Source: Kudoa neothunni (Eukaryota > Animalia > Cnidaria). Taken from it: a DNA stretch of 64,000 nt. Of this stretch, positions 24,880 through 36,691 are shown piece by piece (positions within the stretch are counted from its first letter, which is position 1; each line of letters opens with the position of its first letter). The stretch spans positions 6,637,252-6,701,251 of the forward strand of contig OZ199840.1 of the NCBI GenBank assembly GCA_964304625.1, read 5' to 3'. The notes beneath the pieces were generated by a model, which worked only from the letters and a program-made list of their open reading frames with translations, was not told the origin of the DNA and made no database searches. Both the position numbers and the translations under genes were made by a program.

Positions 24880-26830
24880 AATTTAACAAACAGGTATTGT
24901 GTATCGATTGATCCAATCAACTCATAACAACTTGGCAAAGCTGTTATTGAGGTCAGCGGTTAAACAACATTCGTTGGTTTCACGCAACATGATTATTGGA
25001 GCTGTTCACATTAAATTTTCAACGAAAAACTAAATTCAACGAAAAACTAAATTACGGAATTATAACTTACGATTTTAAAACGATTAGTGTCTTTTTAAGA
25101 TATCGAATATTTTTTTAATAACAAAAAGATGATATTCAAAATCTTTTCTATCGTCAAAATAGTATATTTATCTTAATTATAATTGACGACATACGGTTCA
25201 AAGTGGCCGAATGGTCTGTAACTTTTTGGGTTGAGCAGTAATCTACGTTGTACGTACTTTTATATAAGGAATTAAGAATAAACCCTCAAATAATATGAGC
25301 TCTTTTGCTGATAAAATACAAAATAAATAAATATTTTTAAAGTTAGTCCGAGGATAGGATCGTAGAGAGAGGATAAAACTTTGTATATGTTATCGGTTTA
25401 CACTCTATATATTTAGCAAAATTAATAATATAGTTAAGACGTTGGAGAGCAGTTTGGATCAAATAATAAATGCAAGAAAAGGGTCAAATGAGAAATTTAT
25501 CAAAGAGCCTATCATTGGACGCTCTACTAGCAGCGAAAAATTTTTGTTTGATTGTTTAGAAAAATCAACATGCGTAATTACGTTTCCAAAGATCGAAAAT
25601 TTACTTACTAATCAAACTTATAGTTGCCTACAATCTATCAATATGAAGAGCGTCAAGTTCGTTGGTAAGACTCATTGCGTTTAGGATATAGGCTTTCGGA
25701 ATCGTAAATAATTATTAAAAACGTTGACTAAGAAAAAATAGTTTTATATTAATCAGAAAATTTGTTTCTTTCAACAATTATTTGATGAGCTTGTTATCAA
25801 CATATATTCTAATTGCTAAAAGAAAAATATTTTTTATTGCCTTTAACAAAATAATAAAGAAAGGCATAAATCAGCCTTTAAAACGCCTATCAATACTAGA
25901 TTTAGCGTCTGTGGTGAATTTTTAAATGTTGGTAGTTTAAACTTTTCAATATGAAAAAACAACTAAGTTTTATGAAAAGAGATAGTTTAAAATTCACATG
26001 AAAATAAAGAAGGTGAACTGCAATAAGACGTTTAATATCTATTATTGGATTGCAAAATTTTATAAATTATTTAAAAATATGAAACTAAAAATTTTTTTAT
26101 CTCGCAAATAACACCAATTTTCCTGTAAATTGAAATCGTATAAATATAGAATTCATTTTTCTCCCAAAGAACACTGCGTGTTCTCCGTCTCATGAATCGG
26201 AAATCATACCTCTTCTTACATCAATATGGATTATTTAAGGCTAATGGATAAATTTCTTTTATTGAAACATGAATAATATCTGTAAACTCTACATTTAAAG
26301 TTTGTTTCATGATAAGACTTAGGAATAATGCTTAACATAAGAACATCATTTTTTTTCATAAGGTGATATTTAACATAAAATCATACTTTTATCAATCTTA
26401 ATATTTACGGACTAAGCACCAAGTGTATAAATTTTATTTTGTTTTCCATTCATTAATGGTAATTCAAACTTTTTGGGCAGGAGTACAGTATAAGAAATCT
26501 GATAAGAATAGACCGAGTTGTGGAAATTTTAGATAATTGGAAGGGCAAAAACTAATCTTTAATATGAGCTTGAGGTCTAATAGACCCCAAATGCACTCGG
26601 AAGGTTAAAGAAAAGAAATGAGACAGAGAGAGGAAATTTGAATTTATGTGAAATTCGACATTAAACAAGACATCAGATAAACATGAAAAAACAATACCTT
26701 AATGAGTTTCTAAGAAATGACAAAAAAATTCAAATGTTTAATTGATGTTATCTATGGTAAATAAATGGATATCTAAGTCAAAATGATTACAAAAAATAAA
26801 AATATTGGAAGCAATGCGGATAAAACATCT
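24880..26830 (+). mobile_element. Highly decayed Penelope-like retroelement remnant (tentative)
   Basis: Scattered fragments in the expected order: THNNLAKLL (~24920), VSF.DIE.FFNN (~25086), PIIG (~25508), KILEAMRIK (~26800, GIY-YIG C-terminus-like). Confidence 0.35.
26566..26604. mobile_element. Solo piggyBac-type terminus
   Basis: GAGGTC-TAATA-GACCCC palindrome followed by CTCGGAAGG|TTAA. Partner end not found. Confidence 0.6.
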
Positions 26831-27692
26831 GTATAACGCTTAAAAATACTTAAATTAAAAAATTATACATGTGAATATTGGTGATTTAAGGTATTTAAAA
26901 AAATGAGCGTACAAATGGAAAGTTAGGAATCACGCACTATCAAAATTATTGCGTTTTATTCTGACGTATTTTGGAATGTAAAGCTACAATCAACTAGTCT
27001 CACTTTCTATAATGAATTCTTCAAAATCTGTCCATAATCAAATATTAATTTTTATTTTTACAATCGAAACAAAAACTAGCGGTTCCAACTTGGAATGGGC
27101 ATGACCTTTACGAGGGCCACCTCTCGATCTATTCCACAAAATGATTTGCTCGGTTAAATTAAATTCTTTGCCGTTTTTTATGAGGACACAAACAAGAGAT
27201 TAATTTAATTATTCCATAGGGAGCAAGGTGCAATCCCTGAAAATTATACACAAATCCTCCCGGAGAAAGAGAACTACTCTTAGTCCCACACAAATTACTT
27301 TCCCATCCAATAATACAATTTATATTATCTTTCAACTTAAAAGGACTTTATTCCCTTATCAATTAGATATGTTTATTTTTAGTAATATAGTTAAAACCTC
27401 GCCAGAAATTATTATTAACTAATATTAAAAATCCCAATGTTTCTGTTTTTAGATGGTTAATTTTTTTACCTATTTAAAATTATTTTTTTAATCACATTCT
27501 TTGGCAAAGTTTTAAAACACAAACACCCGTTTAAATTTATTTAAAACTTTGTGTTTTGTATACATCATGTTTTTCTTAATAAAAGCTAAAAAAATGATAA
27601 AATAATATATTTCGAAATAAAATCATAATTATAATATAAATTATATTACAAAATAAGCTTTTCTGCATGAAGTAAACCCCAGGTCGGTCTAA

Positions 27693-27964
27693 TTAAACCG
27701 AGGAGTTCTGCCCGACTCTATGAATGCTGTAGGCCATAAATAGTCCCCTTGCATTATGTATCTGCCAATAATGTTGGAATTTAATCCATTAAACACTTAC
27801 CTTCGTGATGATAAACAACCCAGAAGTCCCGCCAATTTCAACTTCAAGGCCCTCAAAATTGTGGACCGGAAAATTTTTTATTACCTAATGTTGTGGTCCC
27901 AATAGACATTTTAATTACAGACCTATAGGATTAAATCCAAATTACACGGTGTATAACAAATTCC
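27693..27964 (-). other. GC-richer island; possible orphan 3' exons of an unidentified gene
   Basis: AAG|GTAAGT donor at 27800 with a CAG acceptor 39 nt away. Possible reading VIKNFPVHNFEGLEVEIGGTSGLFIITK|IHNARGLF...; no recognisable family. Confidence 0.3.
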
Positions 27965-28029
27965 CTGAGGAGAAATAGGTTTTCGATAAATTATCACTAA
28001 TACATCAACGATACTGTTATTACATTACT

Positions 28030-28975
28030 TTGTTTAGGGTCAATTTGTAGGATCCACAAAATCTAAAAACGTCGTTTTATTTTAACACATTAACAGTAGG
28101 AGACGACCATTCAGAGTTTTCACAAGAATTAGGATACTTTGATTTTTCTAATCACGTGAGTTCATCATTTACTTTATCTTCAGGTAGAAAGTTATTCGTA
28201 TAATTTTGCAAAACATGTTCTTTTGCATTATTGGATGCATTGAGTCTAGTAGTATATTCTCCCGTCAAATATCATCGAATAAAGAGAAGACAAGGAAATT
28301 TATTTATAAAGTCAATTTCTTTTATTGAGTCGCACTTCACCAGAAGAAACATCATGTACTTCAAAATATCTCTTCTGCGTAATCATTTTTTATATGATTT
28401 AATAACAACACATTGAATTTATGCTTGTTTCCTTTTCATCTCATTTTTAAGTGTAAAGTACAAACAGTTTTAATAATATTTCCGCAATGGTTCCTATAAA
28501 TAATACTATTTTCTCGGTTTTGTCACGTTATTTTTGCCAGGTAACTTTTCAATAATATATGGAATGATCATCATTTCAGAACCAGTGTTCAATTTCGAAA
28601 CTACTCATACTAATATCCGTTTCAATCATAAATGTCAAATGTTTTGATTGTATTATAATGAGTCAATGGTCATAATATCATAGTTTGTACAAAATGTTTA
28701 TCCGTTGTAGTGGTTGTTATGGCTAATAGATAGCGCGGACAGGGATTAGGATTATTATTAGTACTGGTATCACGTTGGAGTTTCAAATATTGTTTCTATT
28801 CGCGTTTGCTCATACTTCACAGTGGTTGAATCAACTTTTGAGACTTTTGGTTATTATGTTGAAAACAGTACCGATTAATTATGACATTGTTTTTAACACT
28901 GATTGCATGTAACTTGTTCGAATTTACATTTAATACGTAGATGCTCTTTTCTCCCGAATGAACAGTATATTCCTT
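28030..28975 (-). mobile_element. Decayed Gypsy LTR-retrotransposon gag-pol fragment
   Basis: Minus strand: double zinc-knuckle remnant (~28870-28970), protease-like LNTGSE (~28580), RT N-terminus KVNDELT*LEK...SEWSSPTVNVLK*NDVFRFCGSYKLTLNKV. Confidence 0.75.
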
Positions 28976-29228
28976 TTATTCGGTGGTGGCTTGTAGTTTT
29001 AATTAGTGAATATGCTGCAATATTATAAAAATTTTTGTAATCGTTTGTTCAGAATTGAATAAATTCCAGGTGGGAAAACAATCAACTGCTTTTAAACCAC
29101 TTGTAATCTTAAGGATATCACCAAAGTGTGGATATATACCTATGAGCCTATAGATGAAAACACAACCTGTCAGCCGACACTGTGAATCGTACAGCGTCTC
29201 CACCCCGCAGATTGTATCTGGGTGGCTC

Positions 29229-32200
29229 TAGGGATTAAGACGGTTTCATATTTCGGTTTTGTAAATAATTTTCTCAATCATCATTGTAAATTTTTGTGCA
29301 AGCAAAAAAAATTTGAAAATGTGATAGAATTAAATCGTGCTTTAGTCACTCTTTGTTTAAACATACTCTTTTAATACAAATTTTTAATTATTTTACAATA
29401 GAATTCAATTCTATATAAGCTTTTATGGTTATAATTAATTTTATTATTTAACATTGTTTGTAATTACCTTTAAAAACGATTATAAGTATTTTAAGTTAAA
29501 ATTTTTTCAAACGCACCAATAAAAATTTCTATAATTCAACTTCAATTTAGTTATTTCTATTTTCGTAAATAAACACAATGGTCTTAAGTTTCGAGACACT
29601 CAGTTTTGTTCTCAACGGGAAATAACACGTTTGCGTAGGGAAAAACATCTTTTTGAGCCAATACTTGCAGGCCTTATGTTAAAAAGAGTTTTATGAACCC
29701 TTTCTAAACGATCTGACATCATACTGCGACTTAAAAAATTGGTAATTTCGTCGGAATCCGAACGATATTTTGAATTTTTTGGTCTGGCCGCGTAAATTAT
29801 CAAATCGTCTAAATTCATATCAGCTTCGGAAGGTTCATAGTTGTGGATTTGATCATTCGGTTCAATTAAATTTAATTTCTTCTTGTAGCTCAAAATTTAA
29901 GGGTCTTCTCTATAATAAACTCTTTTCATATATGTTTGAATCGAAGCTTAAAAACATAAATATATCGGACCAAATGGTGCGTCGTTCAAAGCAGCGTCTG
30001 ATAAGGGAGAGATCCTCAACTGTATTGGTTAGTACGAAGTCACATTGTGCAATATTTATTTTTGACTCTGAAATTTACTTCAAGCTTTTTCCATCGGAGC
30101 TGACTCCTAGTTTAATATAAATTCGACAGGTGCCTCATAAAGTTTTAGCCTCTCTTACACCCTTTGATCTATTACAATAATGGTTTCCAAAATAACAAAT
30201 GTATTAAATATAACAGTATTTTAATTTCCCATTAAATTTTTTGGACGAGAACACGTTTGACGTAATTAATTTTTTTAATCTCTATCTATTAAGTTACGTA
30301 ATGATCTTTTTTTCGTGTGACTTTAAAGAATCTTCTAGCTCAGAGGTCAGCAACCGAAAGAGCCAATTATTGATGCGGGAAAATTTTTTCTACTTCCGAA
30401 ATCGCACGTTAAATTTAGGCTCGACAATCAAAATATCTACCTTTGAAACCATGAGTACATACATTTCAGAAAAATCTGGAGAAAATGTTCCAATTAGTCT
30501 ATTTATACGTTGCTCTATAACTAATCAACCTATTATTTTTATTAGTAGCATTTTAATGCAGGAAGAGATAATACAAATAAAAAAGGTATTCACCTGAATT
30601 TTTCTGATTACTTCAAATAATATTGTAATTTCGTTTTTGATCATTTCCATTATAATGAATTAGAAATTTTACCATTGACCTCTTTACAACAAATATCCGA
30701 TATAAAATTCACTTTCATGAATATTATTGTCAATAAAAATAAGATTTCAATCATATAATTTAATCTTTTAAAATTGAAATAATTATTTTCTAGTGTATTT
30801 TCCTGAATTTAATTACTTCAACGACATTTCATACGGGGTTTTCTTTGTATTAAAATTAAATAACGTTTAATATCACGAGAATTCTTTTTAATGGATAAAA
30901 TTTAATAAAAATGCATGTATACCTACTTTTTTATGTAAAAAAGTTGATTCAACAAAATTTTTAAACTGAAAAAACTATCAACACTTCCATAAGTCTAATT
31001 TAAAGGTTTACGAAATGTTGTGAATATCACCAAATAAGACGTATTTTGTATAATACCTGAAAAATTTATTTTTAAGTAGTTTCAGTTTAATAACAACCTT
31101 TTTATTAAGGAGGAATTTTGATTAATGATAAAAAATAACTTTTTTATTTAAAACCGCAGATAAAATTGAGAAAATTTAGAATTATTTCGCCTCGTTAATT
31201 ATTGCATATGCATAGGACTACATTCTATGAAGAATTTTTAATATTTATAATTTATAAGTTTTTTCTGGATCTTTCCTTTCTATATTTAACTTTTACGTTG
31301 CGGATTAAGAAAATTAGTTCAAGTTGGTGAACTTGTAGTACCATGTATTCATTTCAATGTCCGTATATTTCCATTAAAAATGAATTATTTCCAATGAAAA
31401 CTCAAAATTTGAACGTAATAATGAGTTCAGCAACTAGAAATTATATAATTTCATCGCGGTTTAACCTTAGATATTCTAGTTTATACTACGTACGTAAAAT
31501 GGGGAGCCACATCCGGCTCGCGAGCCTCAGGTTGCCGACCCCAGTTTCAACCGATGAAGCTAGATAAATTTTCTCTTTACTTAAAACGAATCACTCTTAA
31601 CACTGCCGTATATTATTTCTTATTCTCGCATATTATAAATATTTAAAAAAATTCACATTAATGAGGAAAAATTATTTATTATTTACAATCATTAATATTA
31701 AATATAAACATAATTCATAATTATAAGTATTACAAGTTTTGTAAGTTTATTTCCATAACATTTTTACACCCTTTTTCAGAGTTACCCCTTTTTATGTACC
31801 TCAAAAGGTCAGGTAAAATACCTTTTAGCGAACAAAAAAATGCGTATAAATATGCCAATACAGGGTGTGTACTTTGATAGATTTGATTTAGTTAGGTCGA
31901 TTTAAGGATGGATCATCGAATTAGGACTCAAAACAGTCTAGGAATAATCAATTGTGATAATGTAAAATCAAAAATTATTTCAACGATCCCATTGTGTATA
32001 CAAATAAACTGATATTTTAGATTTTTAAGTCACCGATTTTTATCGTAAAATTTAATTTATAAAAGTATGTTTAAGTAGTAATGCAAATTATAGACTTAAG
32101 AATCCTCAGAATTAGGAGAAATTCGTTTTCGTGGCAATAGACATCCCCGACATGGGATTATACGCTAGCGCGGTAATAGCCATCGCCTTTGAAAATCATT

Positions 32201-33194
32201 CATAAATTGGTTCTATTTCATACTTTTTATCATATACTGTAACGGTGGAGTTAGTTGCGCTGTCGATAGGAGAAGCCATGATAAAATATACTCGAAAAGT
32301 AATCTACTTAGATATCACTAATCTAAATCCGGTTGACGCGTGTCATCCGTTACATATACAAACAAATTTTCCAACATCAAATTTATCTATATATGTTTTT
32401 ATTGATTTTAAGTGTGAGTGGTTTAAAAACGACATAATCACGTGCTCTCAAAATGCATTTTCTCCATTTTCTTAGAACTAATAAGTTTTTTAATAATAAA
32501 TCAATATTACATTTGTTGGGGCTGATAGTTAGTCTGCGGCATCAAAGATATAATGACACACATTATCTTGATCAGTACCTATGTGTATTAATATACAGTT
32601 GGCGCTAACTATATAAACACACATACTAGCCTCTACATTATTATTGTTATATTTGAACGATGGTTCCTTGCCCTAACAATATTTTATATAAATATTTAAA
32701 TTCAATGGGTTAATAACTTAAGATTGATTATATGAAATTATTATAAAATAAAAAGAGTTGTTATTTTTATACATTTGTTAGTTTAACGCTGTTATATGTG
32801 TACCAATAAAAATAATAACCGTAATTCACATTTTGTGTTTACATTTTGGAAAATTCTCAATTCGTACATTTTACCGAATTTGTTGTTACCAAATTATAAC
32901 ATAAAAAAACTCATTATTATCATTTAAAAAATTATGACCTAAAACAAATTGTACGACATAAAGATGTATTTTTTAAAATTCAAAAAGTATTTTTATTGTA
33001 GTGAAACATGAGATGTTTGTGTGAAGTCTGCAATAAGTTAGTTTATATAAAATTGTTATATATCAATATCAAAAAATTTAAATAGTAATAATAAATAACT
33101 TTTGAGTTAATAACTACGAAAGAAACATAAAAATTCAATGTTTGTTGAAAAAAGATGGAGATTACACGCGTATCCGACCACGTTCGGATGAATG
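29229..33194 (-). mobile_element. Deleted/interrupted copy of the Ac-type hAT element at 49229-52659
   Basis: Starts TAGGGATTAAGACGG. 29229-30070 is the reverse complement of ~51810-52659 (dimerisation-domain remnant RPASIGSKRCFS). ~32380-33194 matches ~49505-50460 in patches. Confidence 0.85.
30341..31544. mobile_element. Non-autonomous hAT (Buster/SPIN-type) element
   Basis: Termini CAGAGGTCAGCAACC and GGTTGCCGACCCCAG. Left flank ttcTAgct. Last ~250 bp homologous to 62530-62764. TSD decayed. Confidence 0.7.
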
Positions 33195-33575
33195 GAGTCG
33201 AACCTGGACATTGCGTAATTTCACAAGTTCTTTGAAATATAGGGATATTTTAAACTTTTTACTCAAACTTTTCTTTTATATTATTTAAATTAATGTTAAC
33301 TAAGCAAGCGAAGATAAAAAGTTTTTATTAACGAAGTATAAATTTAAGTTAGTGTGCTAAAACTAAAATCTCGCTACTGCATAACATTTTGTTCAGTTTA
33401 ATCCTCAATTAATCTTCTTTTTGAATTCAGCGAAAAAATGGTAAGTAATCAGCGAACAGCAGCTGAAAAAATTGAAATAATCGAATATTATAATTCGATT
33501 AAATCACTCAAAGGAGAAAAAGGGATGACTTTAAACTTCCCAATATAATATATTTGCAAGGCATTCTACTATTAA

Positions 33576-36534
33576 CCCTCGAAGGACGGTGCTCGGAAAA
33601 ATTCCTTAGGGGACGATGGGGGTCCAGCCAGACCCCAGCAATTTTAGACTTCTTTTAAAGCTAATGCCATAAAATTTTACTATTATTATAAATTTATTTT
33701 AAAGTTTCCTAAGAGTTATGTTAAAATTAAAAAAAAATTATAGATTCTGAAAAAAACGTAACAAGTCCACCGATTAAACAACGCCTAGGTTCAAGCCAGA
33801 ATGCGATCTAAAATAGGCTGATGACAAGGAAGATATCATATCATCAGGTTTAAAGGCAGTTGATAATAAAGAAACAGATTTTAAACGTATTCCCGGGAAA
33901 TATCCACATCTCATCCATGGCGCCCTGAACCGCGAGCTTCCGAAGATTTTCACTAATCATACCGTTGTAAAAAAAACTGATTAATCCTAATCTCATTTTC
34001 ATTACTCATCTCTTCGAATTCCAGTTGTAAAATAACTTGCATTGTGAATCAAACATTAGTTCTACGAAGAAGTCACTTATTTAATTCTAACCATTAAGAA
34101 TTATTTTATATTCACACTTTCTGCTTCAAACAAAGTCAGTAGTACCTTCAGTAAGCCCATGTCAAATTTTGGTTTGAAAACTTTGTACATTATTGTGATA
34201 ATTTAAAAAAATAAAACCCTCCATATTTAATCGACTTCTATGATTGGGGGTGGAATTGTCGAAAATCATATTATAGATGGATGTTATCCTTAAATATTTA
34301 TTTTCCTCTAAAACATGCAAATCCTAAAATGTTACATAAACGCACAAAACGTCGGAAAAAATATCGTAATATTAAACATATGTAAGATATGATTCCCACG
34401 ACAAAAATCAATCCATGTCATCATTATTGCATAATCGGCAGAGGACAACAATCTTTTTAAATTTATGAGGAATACAGATGGGCTTGTTGCATTTGTCACC
34501 CCGAAATTTCGTTTTTCTATCTATCTTTCTTGGACAAAAAAACGATTTTTTGTAATGATACATTGTATATTGGAATCATCATGTGGACAAGTAACAACCT
34601 TTTTATTAAAAATTGGGAAACTTAATTTTTGAATATTGTAGAGAGAAGTTAAATTGTTTTGACGAATTAAGACATTTGACTTAATCAATTCAACGGCCAA
34701 CTCTCGAAGGAAGTATTGACGTCGGCTGCGATTTGTTCTTCTCCAATCCGTGAATTTTGTTGTGTATATGATATACGCATTCAATGCAGCTATATCAACC
34801 AACTCAAAGAACAAACGGAGGGGTCATCTTCTAGTTGCCCTAGCACACGAATACAATCAGGTCATACGGTCACTGTTTGTCCACCCCCCCCCTTTTGTTT
34901 GGTTACAGTGCATAATTATCTGGGACCTTTTTCTGTCACCTGATTCAATTTCAGAGTCATGGTGTTCCGTAGATAAGAGTATCACGTTGCAATTTTTTGG
35001 GGGACGTAGGAAACAAGAGTTAGATCGCCAGAGTAACAAAAACCGAAGATAGTTCTTGGCGATCTTCTACATCCTGAATTTTTGGTGGAATATAGGTATT
35101 ATTCCGTGTCATTGTACCAGTTAAGGTGATGTTGTTGTCCAAGAGAAAAGACGCAAGTGGGACAGAAATAAAAAAGTTGTCTGATGTGAGTCCTCTACAA
35201 GTTTCATCATATGATTCCATTAAATCTTTTACAACTTGTTCATCTTGTTTAACTTCTCTTGCTCCACCAACTTTTCCCCAAGATGGTTGAATATTTAGGT
35301 GATACGAAGTTTTCATATCTATGGCTACCCATACCTTCATACCATATCGTAGTGGCTTATCTTTCATATATATACGAAAGGGGTAGTTACCTTTAAACCC
35401 AACCATTCTTTCGTCGACAGTGATATACTTATCTGGAGAATATTTTTTGGGAAAGGATACGTTCACAATGTCGAAGATATTTCGAATGGCCTCTAGTTTG
35501 TCCCCAGATGTGCTGATTCTTTCAAGGCGAGTTGTATTATCATCAGACCGTAAAATGCGGCAAATCAAGTTGAACCTATCTCTTGAGAGAGTCACTGAAA
35601 ACAAACATCACTTAAATAATGGGTTGGTATCCCAAATTTGTTTGAGAGATATCTTTGTCCCATTGCATCTGCCAGAAGCAAGTAAAATACCTAAAAATGC
35701 TTTTAATTCGTCCATTATGATCAACTTATCATCCAAATATTTGCTAGTACAAAAGCAATATTTGTTCGTGTAATACAAAACATTTTCAAGCAATATGTCT
35801 GAGAAGAACAGTGAGAATGAGCTCATTATTGAATCAACATATTGACCATATTGTAAGACCTTGTTTTTGCCCCTATTCTATTTGTAAAATCCCATCTCAA
35901 AATTAGATTTTGAGATGGATATTTTAGTAGAAGCTTCAAAATCGTCAAAAGAATCCGAGGATTCACTAATATCTTCCCAGCAGAAGCATCCGATATGGGT
36001 CCTTCAAACACCAAATTACTGTCTATTTCATCGTCTAGTTTATTATCACTTATTAAGTCTTCTGAATTTTCGGAGTAAATTATCTGATAAATTAAATTAA
36101 ACTAAAATGATGAATAAGTTTTAATATTTTTCAGTAAACAACACGAGTAATAAAAATTCAGAAATCATTAATCCGCGGTTAATCTCTTGCCAATATCCAA
36201 AAGAGAATCGGGGTTTATCGGGACTTAACACAACATATCTTAATTATTTCCATTTATTGGTAATTTCTTAAATTTTATTAACACCTTTTCCAATAAAATA
36301 AAAAAACAAGCTTTATTTTAACTTTTTGTTGAGAAAATTTTTATTCTATGCAAAAGAACCAAAAATATCTGGGAAGTTTTACTTTCCATCTAATATTTGA
36401 CTTTATAGAAAGGGGCTTTAATTTTTGAATGAAGAATACACAAAGTATGAATTTAATATAAAATCAGCTTATATGAAAAAAACGAAAAATGCTTATAATG
36501 GGGTCCCGACAGACCCCGCATCGTCCCGGGAGGG
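33576..36534 (-). mobile_element. piggyBac element D (decayed transposase)
   Basis: TTAA|CCCTCGAAGGACGGTGC and GCATCGTCCCGGGAGGG|TTAA. GGGGTC-N6-GACCCC at both ends. TVDERMVGFKG, TSDNFF, TKGG fragments. Confidence 0.92.
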
Positions 36535-36691
36535 TTAATAGAATTTGATCTTCTCAAAATGATATTATTAATTCTATTATTTCAGCTTCAAAAAAAGAAT
36601 AAAAAAGACAAGTACACGGAGTTAGTTAATCTATTCTATACATGAATAACTAAAATGCGAAATGAAAAATAGGTGGTTCCTGCTTACTTAA

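Noticed and set aside
25018-25053. 17-bp tandem duplication TTCAACGAAAAACTAAA
   Set aside because: Two copies only, in decayed repeat DNA; ordinary slippage.
27676-27710. SRP RNA helix-8-like CCCAGGTCGG...CCGAGGAG
   Set aside because: No GNRA loop, no AGCAG, and upstream DNA is too AT-rich to form the rest of 7SL.
27793-27900. U1 snRNA on the plus strand (ACTTACCT ... AAATTGTGG)
   Set aside because: Only ~60 nt between the 5' motif and the Sm-like site, with no SL1 or SL2 loops on that strand. ACTTACCT is simply the complement of a splice donor.
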